A DNA stretch of 63,994 nucleotides, counting the filler, from Dimargaris cristalligena (lineage: Eukaryota): the NCBI GenBank assembly GCA_003614675.1. It is 6 parts of 6 records of this genome, joined end to end, with 100 filler letters (N's around TTAATTAATTAA, not from the genome) between each part and the next. Parts side by side here need not be neighbours in the genome. Positions count along the whole stretch, not along the records: positions 43,778 to 54,603 come from ML003149.1; positions 54,704 to 63,994 come from ML003270.1; 4 more parts are not named here. One strand, written 5' to 3'. Shown in pieces: positions 52,715 to 63,714 of the stretch (the first letter of the stretch is position 1; each line of letters starts with the position of its first letter). Made by a program: the position numbers and the translations under genes. The notes under the pieces were generated by a model that was given only the letters and a program-made list of their open reading frames with translations, was not told the origin of the DNA and searched no databases.

Positions 52715-54395
52715 ATGCACGATTTTATGCCCTACTGTCTTCGGCAGTTTAACCGCTCATCCCGCTGGAACGACGACAACCAATATTCCAATTTGAGTGC
52801 TGCTTCCAGGTGTAAGTTGTCTCCGAAGCCCGCCGATTGGGAAGGCGTTTGTATATATATATATATATATACCCCCGGGCCCTCGTTTTCCACCCGTCAC
52901 CGATATAGTCAACCCTATTTCTTAACTAATACCCCCCTTTTCCCGGGTCTTTGGGCATCCATATTGACTTGAATCCTGCACTTGATCTTTCCTAGCTATC
53001 CTCGACTTCACACCACCGGCGGGCTTCACCTTCTACGTCTCCAAGGCTCCATCGTCCTTCTTTAAGTCTTCGTATCGGTTACAAACCTTCCCACTTTTTT
53101 CGGGATCCCTGGGCTATCTATTTACCTCCGAAGAACTCGATCTTCGGCGAACATATTGCGGCAATCAAGAACCAGCGACGGAAGATGCTGCCTCGTCAAC
53201 GGCAGCTGGAACGGCCTCGAATAGCACTCCCGCGTTCGCAGGCTCGCCCTCCTCAACTAATGTGAATGACAGCCTACTATCACAATTCCACAACCAGGCA
53301 CCTGCTCCGTCGGACAGTAGCGCTGTACTAAAAGGACTTTTGGGGACCTGCCAGGTCGGCGCGTGGAACCCCGTATTATTTTCACCACCCCAAGATCCTT
53401 TTACTAATCGTAAGTGTTAATGTGGACATGTCTCCCCATATAAATGGAAACACAAAGTGGTGGTTCACAAGCACCCCGATGATACAGTCACCCGATACAA
53501 ATAATAGGCCGAAGTATACCGGCCTGTGCGCGTTAATGTATATTCTATGTTGGACATCCCCATTGTACCTTATTCGACCGCAATATGGTATACTAATCCC
53601 CCTTACCCCTACCATATTTTTTTTCAATCACTCTACACAGCCAAAGGGCAGTACTTATTGTGTGGCCAAGTATTTCTACCTACCAACCGCATAGAAGCCC
53701 TCTATTCCCGGAGATTCACGCGGCGTACCCAGTTTTTGGCGGCCTCCGCCCAGCACCGTGACCCCGCCAACAACGAACTCCTCGCCCAGCTGCAGTACGA
53801 CTGTTCGAAGTGGTGCACCGAGCTCTCGTATACCTTCCCGGGCAGTCTCGTCGGCTGGCGCGGGCTGTACAATTTCGGGCCCGTCCCCGAAAACCCGACC
53901 CTCGAGGACCAGCGGGCCCATCCGGGTCGGGTGAGTATCGGGGGGGAACTCTATTTTTCCACAGCTGATAACAACGGCGGCCTATCGGTCGGGGCGCGCT
54001 ACCGCACGCTCGTCCCCCAAACGGCGGAATTCACGTGTGTCACGAACCCCGTGATGGGCCACCTTTCCACGGCGTACACCATGTCCATCACCCCGCGGTG
54101 CATCATGTCCAGTCGGTTCGATTTCAACTTCTACAGCCTGTTCAGCGATTTGGCCGCCGGTATCGAATGGCAAAGCAGTGAAGAAAGTTTAATCAAGGCC
54201 AGCGTAAATACGTCGCAGGGAGTGGTACTCGGGTTCGATTGCCGGTACCGGAAAATATTGCTCAGTGTAGGCGCTACGTTAAGCCATGACTCGTTTAAAC
54301 GGGGCCGCCGGGATGGGCGGATGCCGGCGGACCTTAGTATGCCCCATGGGTCACCACTCAAGTCGCTGGGTATCCATGTACAATTTTTTTCCTAG
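52715..54395 (+). CDS. MDM10: Mitochondrial outer-membrane beta-barrel Mdm10 (ERMES/SAM; 3 exons, about 421 aa)
   Basis: Exons 52715-52811, 52996-53409, 53641-54395; MHDFMPYCLRQF...WNDDNQYSNL..SILDF, GSLGYLFTS, EALYSRR, LQYD..KWCTE, GWRGLYNFG, NPVMGHLSTAY, SRFDFNFYS. Confidence 0.93.
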
Positions 54396-54603
54396 ATTTT
54401 GTGTGTGTGTTTTGACAACTATTTATAGTATTATTATTATCTCCACTATTGTTTTATCTTGTGGTTGATGAAAAGGGGGGAAATGCCAATTTCTCCAAAA
54501 AAGATTATTATCCGCGTTTACGGTCCTATTCTTCGGTTACCATGCTTCTATTCTATTCGGTTCTGATGTAGGATGCTTAACGCCTGTGAAATAAATCCCC
54601 ACA

Positions 54604-54703
54604 NNNNNNNNNNNNNNNNNNNNNNNNNNNNNNNNNNNNNNNNNNNNTTAATTAATTAANNNNNNNNNNNNNNNNNNNNNNNNNNNNNNNNNNNNNNNNN
54701 NNN
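54604..54703. other. Artificial contig linker
   Basis: N44-TTAATTAATTAA-N44. Confidence 0.97.
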
Positions 54704-54908
54704 ATAGATTTATTATAGGTCTTATGATTGATCACAGGGTCGGGGATCATTTTTCCTTTCCTTTCCAAAAAAGTCCCATCGATCTACCTATTTCCCGTTT
54801 TGATAAAAAAATAATCCCGCTACATCAATTAGAACTTTCATTCAAATCATTATATAGCTTGATTGAACTTCTCCCATACTGACTAATAAAATGGATATCC
54901 CATGTATG

Positions 54909-55082
54909 CTATTTGTCCGCCTTAGCAGGTGGTTTACAGAAGGGGCATGTGCTACATTGTTTGCTACCAGTTGATAGCAATTTGGCTTTATGGCAACCTG
55001 TAAAATAGCCACACCAACCCCTACTCAACCAGCAGCAATTGGAGGTGGATGTTGGATAGCTGCTATTGTCACTATTGTCCAT
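54909..55082 (-). CDS. Possible small Cys-rich ORF overlapping the end of the kinase relic
   Basis: MDNSDNSSYPTSTSNCCWLSRGWCGYFTGCHKAKLLSTGSKQCSTCPFCKPPAKADK*. Confidence 0.3.
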   Translation of the reverse strand: MDNSDNSSYPTSTSNCCWLSRGWCGYFTGCHKAKLLSTGSKQCSTCPFCKPPAKADK

Positions 55083-55740
55083 CTTATAACGCTTTCCCGT
55101 TTCTGATCTTGCTTTCCAGTTTCCAGGTACACATGGTTGCGGATGAATTTGATTATTTGGGAAATTGAGTACCGGCCATTCTCGCACTTGGCTATACCAG
55201 ACACCTTTTCATACCCCTCAGTACCACATTTTCTGGTGCGCGGAGTACCAATTAGTTTACACAAATCCAGATCTATGACTATGGTCTGTTGACTTGCATT
55301 GTCTATCATAATGTTATTCGGATTAAAATCATTGTGAATGTACCTAATAGAGTGTAGATGATTGGCTGCTGACACAATGTTTATAATAACCAAATCACAG
55401 TTTATATACTTGTTCTGGGCAATCTTTTGTCGTAAAGTGGACTGATACCTAATTAGACAGATCCCTCTCAAGCAATTCTCTTTTACGCAACAACCATGTT
55501 ACTGTACTATATTCGGGTGAGGTGCTGTCTTTAATACCTCATACACTTCAATCTTTTTGGTCATGGTAGTTAAATGATTACTCTTGTTTACAAGATTGGG
55601 CTCCTTCACATAAATGCCAGACATTGATCCTTAGTACACTGTGTGCGTCATATATGCTGGATATACATTGGAGAGAACAACTACAACACCTTCCATCTGT
55701 TAGAAAGGCAGCTCACGCCTCTATCAAATTATATTCTTCG
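55025..55740 (-). pseudogene. Minimal protein-kinase-like pseudogene
   Basis: One frame reads VY*GSMSGIYVKEPNL...IEVYEVLKTAPHPNIVQ*HGCCVKENCLRGICLIRYQSTL...HLHSIRYIHNDFNPNNIMID...VIDLDLC...GTEGY, with two in-frame stops. Confidence 0.85.
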
Positions 55741-56071
55741 AGATTCTCCCATTATAGAGAGAATTCTATCCCAACTCTTAATACAGTCAATAGTCATACA
55801 ATAAATCACATAGCGGAGTGTATTCCATACAACTCTTGCAGCTTTCTTTACTTTCATTCACTTTGATACACTAAGGCTTTGCATCGTAGTATATTCATTC
55901 ATTCTAACACTATCTGCATTAGATTACAAAATAAATCATGAGCATTTTTAGTATATATATTAGCATTTTCCCTGTACACCACCCTGTTAAAGAGATACAT
56001 GTACTTAGAATCATAAACCTCATCATTAGCTAGAATGTGTCTACCCATTTATTCTAACATGCACTTGAGAC

Positions 56072-56450
56072 CTATGTCAAAGGGTGGGACGCAGTGGCCA
56101 AGTACGACAAAACAGGAGTATCTGAGCTACCAGATCCTCGGCCATGCCGTTTGCCTTGAATCTCGCTGGATGGTACTTTGATTATCTGAGGGAACACAAC
56201 CCTCTCGGGGATATGCTGGAAATTTTTTTCACCGGCCTTGATCTCAAGGGGTCGTTTTGAAAGATTACTGGCAATTATCATGATCTCACTAGTGTACTCA
56301 GGATCGATTACTCCTCCGAAAATGCTTAATCCTCGCAATTCTCACTTGTTGCGCTCGACAAGACGGGGATAGGTACCAATGGGTGGGGTTGCAATGAAGA
56401 TCCGTCGGTAAACAAACTGCATCGCCAGGATCGATAGTGACATCTTTATG
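56072..56450 (-). pseudogene. Trimeric dUTPase relic
   Basis: VTIDPGDAVCLPTDL (frameshift) LRGLSIFGGVIDPEYTSEIMII (motif 3), IKAGEKNFQ (motif 4), RHGRGSGSSD (decayed motif 5). Confidence 0.8.
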
Positions 56451-59060
56451 GATGTTTACATGTATCTGACAGTTGAAACTAATATATTGCTTGTTCATAG
56501 TTTTAGTCCTTGTAGCTCTGTAACACATCGTTTTCATAATCCCTCTGGGGTCACTTCGAGCGGGGGCGAGCATCGCGGATCGTCGTGTCCAGCAGTGCCA
56601 TTGTTACCTCGTACATATCCGCAAGGTGCTTAATTTTCTCCAGGTCTGTGTGGATATGACACATTTGACCCCCGGTGATCGGATAGGCCTTGCATGGCAA
56701 TTCCACTCTCGTGAGTGCGGAACATCGTGGATAGAATACTGCCGAGAGATCGTTCCGAACAAAGTTATGTCATATTCTAGAACAAACTAATAAAATACTC
56801 GTAAGCCTCTGGTGTCTGGCCGCCGGGTTTAAAGTGTGCTGAAGGGGGACTGGCCGGGCCTGTCAAACCATAGCCTACTACTAAAGTGAATCCCAGGCCT
56901 CAGGTAAAAGAGTCGGAAAGTGACGAAAGGGTGAGGGGCAATAGTTCGTCTCTCCCCTTTTCCCCAGTCCTGTAGCACAACAGTCAGGTCACCCATTCCA
57001 TTGATTAACCTACCAAAAGGGTCCAACTGATGGCTGCGACTATATTACTGGGGCCAATAGTGGTGTCCCTTGTTGATCGTTAGTCTGAGCGTATGACTGC
57101 GTTATCATCCTAGACTTGGACAATCGTCGTAATATGATCTCTGGGGCAATGCAGGGCCGCTGTGTGGATATCGCTATAAAAAGCAAATGGATTAGGGAGC
57201 ATAGTCAAAAGAACAAATGGTGTGGGTCCATACTATGGCCAGATCAACCCCCTTCTGTGGAGGAAGAGAGGACCTTTTCGGAGCTAACCTTTCGGCTACT
57301 AACTAATCCACGGGCAGCCAATCTAGCGCATAGATAATCTGTAGGGCAGAGAAGGTTAGCCTTGTCGACGGCGGGGCGTTGTGGACGGGTAGATACAGAG
57401 GGTCTGCGTGGCCTAAGTAAGTTGGATTGATGACACGGGGAATCGAAGTGCGACCAAGCTATGTCCAATTATATCCGCATGATCTAAAGAGTGGACCGCC
57501 TCCACTGCATACAGGGCGGAGAGGATCAGTGATGGGCGTGGTGGAGGAAAATAGAGAGAGAGAGAGAGTGTGTGAGACTCCTATTAATCAACGAACTTGT
57601 CCGCACCTTACCCTCTCTCCTTGGAGTAGTGCATCCTTCTTCATTTTGCCTTAATCCATACTGCATAGACCCGTCGGCGTCTTTTACCCTTCTTTACTCA
57701 TTTCTTGCCTAGGCCCTCTTCGCTTTTCCCTGGCTTACTCGCCCTCCGGTTTGTAAATCGAACCAACCGTGTTTTGCTCTTCCGCCCTATGCGAACCAAC
57801 AGGTAGGTTAACAATGCCCTCCTCGTTCACCCAAATGCCCTACAGTTAACCCGCTCCCTTTCGCCAAGCGGAGTCTGCCAGGCCTTTTTTGGAAAGGAAA
57901 GGAAAGGTATGGAGTGGAGTGGAATGCTCTCGTACCTGACGTGCGCTCCGTCCTGAATTGATGGCATTGACTGTTATACAGAGAGGGACGAAGAAATAGG
58001 CTGTGGTTGGTCTGGTGGGGCTGCCCGAGTCTCCCGCCAGTCAGACACCCTATTAGTCCGTACCGGTCCTTCGTTAAAGTATTCTTGAGCTGCACCACGA
58101 GACGCCGGGTCGCTCCGTATCATCTACTTTCTTTATCAGCATGTCGCTCGGCGAGGGGGGGTTATCTGGGTTGGGCTCAGTGTTGGCGGGGGTGAATCAT
58201 CCGGTCTCCTTTTCGATGTTCGGGATATGCGGACTTCCCTTTTCTTCAGGCATGTCCGCTGACTGGGGGAAAGAGGGGGGGAGGGCTGGAAAGGCAGAAG
58301 ACAGACGGGGACTATCCGCCATGCCATCTCTCTCTCTCTATTCCCTTCCTTATACTGCTTACTTGCCACTCACCGTCTCCATTTTTGTCCGTTCACGCTG
58401 ACCAGGCAACCCGCATACCGCTAGACAGTAGTGAACAACCTCACCGCCATTGCTAGATGTGGCTATATGCGTCCGTAATAATCCACCCCTGTCGTCCCTC
58501 TTCTACTCCCCCCGCTGGGAATACTGTAGCCGAAGGTAATTATTATTCTCTCTCTCGCTAGTCCACCACCCTCCTCCTCCCACCCTCTGGCTATATGCGC
58601 CCACTCATGTTGCCGGGGTGCGTTCAGTCAGCCTGGTCTCTTCTATTCCTTTTCTAGTGCTTTTTCACCCTCGTCTATTTCTTGTCTGAATCGCGCTTGT
58701 CCTGGCGGCCGCCCTGTCCCGTCTTGGCTACACTCTCTACTATGCTATCCCCTTTGGTTTCCGCCTGTGTTGCTCCATTGCATGGGTTTACTTTTCTCTT
58801 AAGACTGTTTGCTCGCACTCATCTCAAAGTCTATATTCTGTGTACCTTTCTTCTTATGCATGTGTTGACTTACTTATTTCTTCTTTCCTTCTTTTTAACC
58901 GACCTGACTCGTCTTCTTACCATATTCCTCATTCTCTGTCCGCCAAAACCACCCGCGCGACCCTGGCCAGTAGTAGACCTCCCAAACCTAGTTGCCTGCC
59001 GCATCCCCTTCGGGGTAAGGAAAAATCTTGAAATTCAATTTTTTGAATCCTCTAAATACG

Positions 59061-59945
59061 ATGGAGGTTATCAGCATAGAAACCGATGTACGGCATGATG
59101 TGATAGTTAAAGTCCTATTTAGGAATAAATATCGCATCATTTATGCAGAATATGTCGATGAGCGCCCTGGGTGCTTGGCAAATCAACTTGTCGAAGATTA
59201 TTATAAACTGTATAGGGTCCCGTGGGAGTTCGGCAACCATAATGCCGTTAAAGTAATCGACAACGATATCCAGTATTTCACAGAAAAGCAGATCTCGGCA
59301 AAAAGAATTACTTGTCATAGGATTATCCAACGCCGGGCTCTCGATACACGTCATCGGATCAATTATAGATGTTTTGTGGCGGGGTCGTATTTCGTGAAGG
59401 TGGCACGATTTAATTTTGAAATCCCGTATGTAAACCAAGAAATCGAAATGCTTCAGGAAATGGTTGGTCTTACCCCGGAGTTCGTAGGTTATCTTGCCGA
59501 AAACGATGTCATTGTGGGGTTTGTAACCGAAAGAATTTCTAATGTACGCCAGCCCGAAACCGTCGAGGATTTTAATAAGGCACTATCCTTATTGACCCGG
59601 ATGCACGAGCGTGGGTATGTCCATGGGGATGTTAATCTCGGATGCTTTCTGGTGGATGACCTCGGCGTGGTATATATAGTCGACCTAGAAACGTGTACCA
59701 AATCAACTGACGCAACCATCGATAAAGATCTGGCGGACTTTAGAGCTATATCAAGCTTAAAGGGCGATACAATGTGTACTCAACGTTACATCCGATATAC
59801 GTGCGGACATCGCCAAAACAGCGAGTTTGTTAAATGTCCCGCTCACGCCGACCTCGATACAAAATGCCCGGACGAATCCATCGTCAACGTCGAGGATAAA
59901 TTATCTAGCCATAATTGCAGGCTCTGTTGCTTCGCGCCGGCATAA
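59061..59945 (+). CDS. Intronless minimal kinase-like protein (RIO/Kdo/APH-like fold) with C-terminal Cys/His-rich putative zinc-binding tail
   Basis: ATG at 59061 (MEVISIETD). FVKVARFNFEI..EIEM, TPEFVGY, VGFVTERI, MHERGYVHGDVNLGCFLV, YIVDLE; tail MCTQRYIRYTCGH...C..H....C...HNCRLCC; AATAAAAAAA at about 60088. Confidence 0.75.
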   Translation: MEVISIETDVRHDVIVKVLFRNKYRIIYAEYVDERPGCLANQLVEDYYKLYRVPWEFGNHNAVKVIDNDIQYFTEKQISAKRITCHRIIQRRALDTRHRINYRCFVAGSYFVKVARFNFEIPYVNQEIEMLQEMVGLTPEFVGYLAENDVIVGFVTERISNVRQPETVEDFNKALSLLTRMHERGYVHGDVNLGCFLVDDLGVVYIVDLETCTKSTDATIDKDLADFRAISSLKGDTMCTQRYIRYTCGHRQNSEFVKCPAHADLDTKCPDESIVNVEDKLSSHNCRLCCFAPA

Positions 59946-60595
59946 CGTACCGCTCTACGGGTAGTGATGCTCTTCCGGGTTTCTAACTGTCTCCTTCCCC
60001 GGTATCTGTACGAGCTGCGAGACAGTCTACGGCCTAACTCAGTTTGTTTGTTATTATCGATTATTGCACCTAGTCTATTACATTCTTTAATAAAAAAACG
60101 ATGTACTAACCCATACTAATATAACCATACAATCTAAAGCTATCGAGTTTCTAGCTAGTCGTAATTGTACATTGATGGACAGGAGTTTGCTATAGTCTAT
60201 AATTATTAATGCATGGACCAAAATATTATTTTTAGTATTGAACTGGTCACAACCCTCCAGTTATCGGAAAGAGTGTAGATATATGAATATAAGTGATTAA
60301 TTCAAGCAGGTATAATAGATTTTAAGCAAAACGATAAAGGGGGTGCAATTGGGCTTCAGTTTACTAAAGGTTAAAGAATGCAACTAACTGGCTATTAACG
60401 AGTCAAAATGCAATATCCCTTGGTAAGACTTGAACAGTATTATAAAAAATGTAATAGATATGAGATTGACTTGGGCTAGTCGAGGGGGTGGGATGGGTCG
60501 TTGCAACATTTCGAGCCGTTATTCACAGATCCATCTGGTGACGATAAAACGCCGTAACCTAAAGCCCACACTCGTAACGGAAAACGGTGTTGTTA

Positions 60596-60883
60596 CATAT
60601 GGGAGTAGTTCAAGCAGGCTCTATAATGAAAAATCCATTTGGGAGAAGTTCAACCAGGCTGCTTAACGAAAAATCCATTAGACCGGGTCACTATTACTGG
60701 TTAAAATGATTTCACCCACATACTCTCACATACACGGAATCATGTAAAACCTTATACAGCTGGGCTGGATTTCACCCATTTTGGTAAAGCAAATACTACT
60801 GGTTGAAAATAAATATCCCACCGATTTTCCCATACACATATCAGTTAAAACCCTATACAACCGAGCTGAATTTCACTCATATT
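60596..60883. repeat. Diverged tandem repeats (2 x 40 bp, then 2 x about 100 bp) related to the DIRS 3' non-coding region
   Basis: 60596-60635 and 60636-60675; 60691-60790 and 60792-60883; the second pair aligns by eye with 35261-35346. Confidence 0.7.
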
Positions 60884-62901
60884 ATTGATTCTCCAGCTGA
60901 AAAAACACAGGCTAATTATAATAAATTAATCATAAAAACGCCTATTCAAATATCTTGTTATTTTAAATCAACTCATTTTACGTGACCGTCGAAGAGCGAA
61001 TTTAAAAATATTAAAAATAACTAGTCGGAATCTTTTATATCTATTAATTTCACCTATAATAGTACTATGTTTCGTTTCAAACGCCCCTTTACTGGAACTC
61101 CAGAGGCATCACCCTCATCACCTCCTTTCCGTCCTCGCTCACCGCTTGAGCGGTTGTTTCCACCGTCCTCCTCTCCTCGCGATCCGGGGCCCCTCAACCC
61201 GGCAGGGCCACGTCGAACCCCCCCGGATCCCCGTGTCGCCTCAAGACATACTTATAGGCCAGGGAAGTGCTAGTGAGTGATATAGTACTGATTGGGTGAA
61301 ACTCCGCCCAACTGTATCAGAAATTAATTGGATAGAGAGCATTACTGGCTAATTCTGGCAAAGTCTTACCTTGGGTACCTTGTGTAGGAAACCAATAGGC
61401 GCAGTTGTCGGCAGTCCCACAATAGGTATTGGGTCGTTGATGATGTATATAGGGTCACCCAATTGGGCCCTCAATTGCTCCTTGGATTAAAAATGTGACT
61501 TCATGCTACATCGACTATAAAGTGTTTTACACTCGTTTATTTTCGACGCCAGGACTATCTTCGGATGTCGGGAGTCTATAGCATCAGGTTGCAATATAGG
61601 AATCGAACCTGGTAGATCACACCCAGGAATCGTGCCACAGACCAGCCTACATTCTTTTCACGACTATTTCAACTAAACCACAAACAATAAACCAAAGTGA
61701 TATCTGGGTAGTACACATGGCTTTCTGCTCAACTGTTAAGAGGTGTAACTTGAGCAAGGAGAGCTGGATTAGATGCACAATAGCCCAATCAGTCCTCCAG
61801 GACGGTCTTGGTCGAAAAGACGAGATGCTACTCAGTCACGAGAACTGAAGTGTGTCGGGCCATTCCGTTGCAGCAGAAAGACGAACCCATTGATTTATCA
61901 GCCAACCGTCCTAGTTTAGAGCTCATGTACAACCCAGCAAATGGCGAGCATTTCTCCATGGAACATCCTAGCATGATGAACGCGGCCAGTGGTATGAAAA
62001 ACAGGTTGAGGGATTTATTTAATGTACCACCTCCCTCCCTTCACAGACAAACTCGTCCCGATTGGCCGACGCAACCGTGAAACCCAGCCAACTACCCCAT
62101 CCTCCCTTTTTCAAAATGAGGGATTTGTGCGGGGATTCGCAAGGGATGATGAAGTCACGCTACGCTGCAGTCCACCGCATTTTTAAAATAGCTCTTACTA
62201 TGTTATACGGATCCTGTAATTAAACTATATGGGCCGGTTTCATAACACCCGTTGCATAAAGTGGGTGGCCTGGGGACATATGTGCCTATTCCTTTACAAG
62301 TGTTTCGCCTGACTGCCCCTCCTCTTGAGAAGTATTTGAGGGGGGAGGTCGCTAGGCTCGCTTGCTAACAAGACCAGACTGTAAAGCGGCAGGAAGTAAC
62401 AACCCCGCTTCTATATGCAATATAATTCCACGCCTAACTTAGTCACCCAACTGAGATGTGTACGTGGCGTGAACCGCGGGACCAGGAGGTGAGCACTGTA
62501 TGAGACTAGTGAGACAACAGGATGCTCAACGCACCCCAAGAAAATGCGCGATTTTTGCGATAGTCCCAGCCACGCCTATGGAACAAGACCAGCGAATGGA
62601 AACGGAGCAGCTGGCGTCCAACAGTCGTGGGTCGATTCGGGTAATGGAACTTCCGGTGACTGAGCAGCCCATCTATGAAGCTGCGCCAGTCGTGCGCAAT
62701 TAATGCGATTGGCCAGGGCCGAGTGAGCCAGCCCATGGTATCTTTTTTCCACCAATGGCCAGCCAGGGCGCGGTATCCTCGGCGGCAAAAGGATTCAGCC
62801 AACGGGACCACTCGCTCCGAATACAAGGGAAAGGGAGAGCTGAGTCCAGAGCCCCGTTTAGAAAGGGCCCTTGTCCCCTTTTCGGTTTGAAATCCACCAA
62901 C

Positions 62902-62910
62902 TTATAAATA
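62902..62910 (+). promoter_or_regulatory. TATA box of the metallothionein gene
   Basis: TTATAAATA upstream of a pyrimidine-rich leader and CACACC-ATG at 63175. Confidence 0.5.
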
Positions 62911-63174
62911 GCCCCTCCGGCCCTGTCCGTCTCAGATTAATTATCCTCATCTAGTATCCCACATTCCCCTGATCTACACCCCTGTCTTCCCTCACAACCA
63001 TCCCACTCAACCTCTCGAATATTGTTTATCACTTCCACCCTTTACCCTTTAATCGTATATAATACCTGATCTCCGCTCCGAATCCAGCTATCCCACTTTA
63101 CTCCTTCCCACTCTCTACTCCTCAACCATCTCTTTCGAGCACTCCCATACCCCTCTCCCCGCCTAATCCACACC

Positions 63175-63714
63175 ATGTCTTGCTGCCAGAAGAAACCCGA
63201 AGCCACCTCCACTACCGCCGCTGCCTGCCAGTGCGGCCCCAACTGCAAGTGCACCCCCAATAACAAGTGCAGTGAAGCCTGTCGCTGCCCTGAGAAGAAG
63301 TCCGCTTCCGCTAAAACGTGCGGCTGCGGTGGTGACCGTTCCAAGTGCACCTGCGGTCCCAACTGCCAGTGCTCTCCCTGCGACACCACTTGCAAGTGCG
63401 GTGACAACTGCAAGTGTACCGCCGACAACAAATGTAGTGCCGCCTGCAAATGCCCCGAGAAGAAGTCCGCTTCCGCCAATACCTGCGGCTGCGGCGGTGA
63501 CCGTTCCAAGTGCACCTGCGGACCCAACTGCCAGTGCTCTCCCTGCAATGCCACTTGCAAGTGCGGTGACAACTGCAAGTGTACCGCCGACAACAAATGT
63601 AATGCCGCCTGCAAATGCCCCGAGAAGAAATCAACCTCTGGCAAAACGTGCGAGTGCGGCGGTGACCGTTCCAAGTGCACCTGCGGACCCAACTGCCAGT
63701 GCCCCAAGTGCTAA
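63175..63714 (+). CDS. Long modular metallothionein (179 aa, 44 Cys, three 55-aa repeats)
   Basis: No aromatic residues or His; CxC-rich; repeats start at 63226, 63391, 63556 (165-bp period); strong codon bias. Confidence 0.92.
   Translation: MSCCQKKPEATSTTAAACQCGPNCKCTPNNKCSEACRCPEKKSASAKTCGCGGDRSKCTCGPNCQCSPCDTTCKCGDNCKCTADNKCSAACKCPEKKSASANTCGCGGDRSKCTCGPNCQCSPCNATCKCGDNCKCTADNKCNAACKCPEKKSTSGKTCECGGDRSKCTCGPNCQCPKC

Noticed and set aside
60596-60883. CRISPR-like array
   Set aside because: Only two diverged copies per unit, no unique spacers, no cas genes, eukaryotic context
61590-61687. tRNA-like A box (TGGTTTAGTTG) and B box (GGTTCGATTCC) on the minus strand
   Set aside because: Acceptor and T stems pair poorly; at best a degenerate tRNA/SINE relic; tRNAscan-SE would decide
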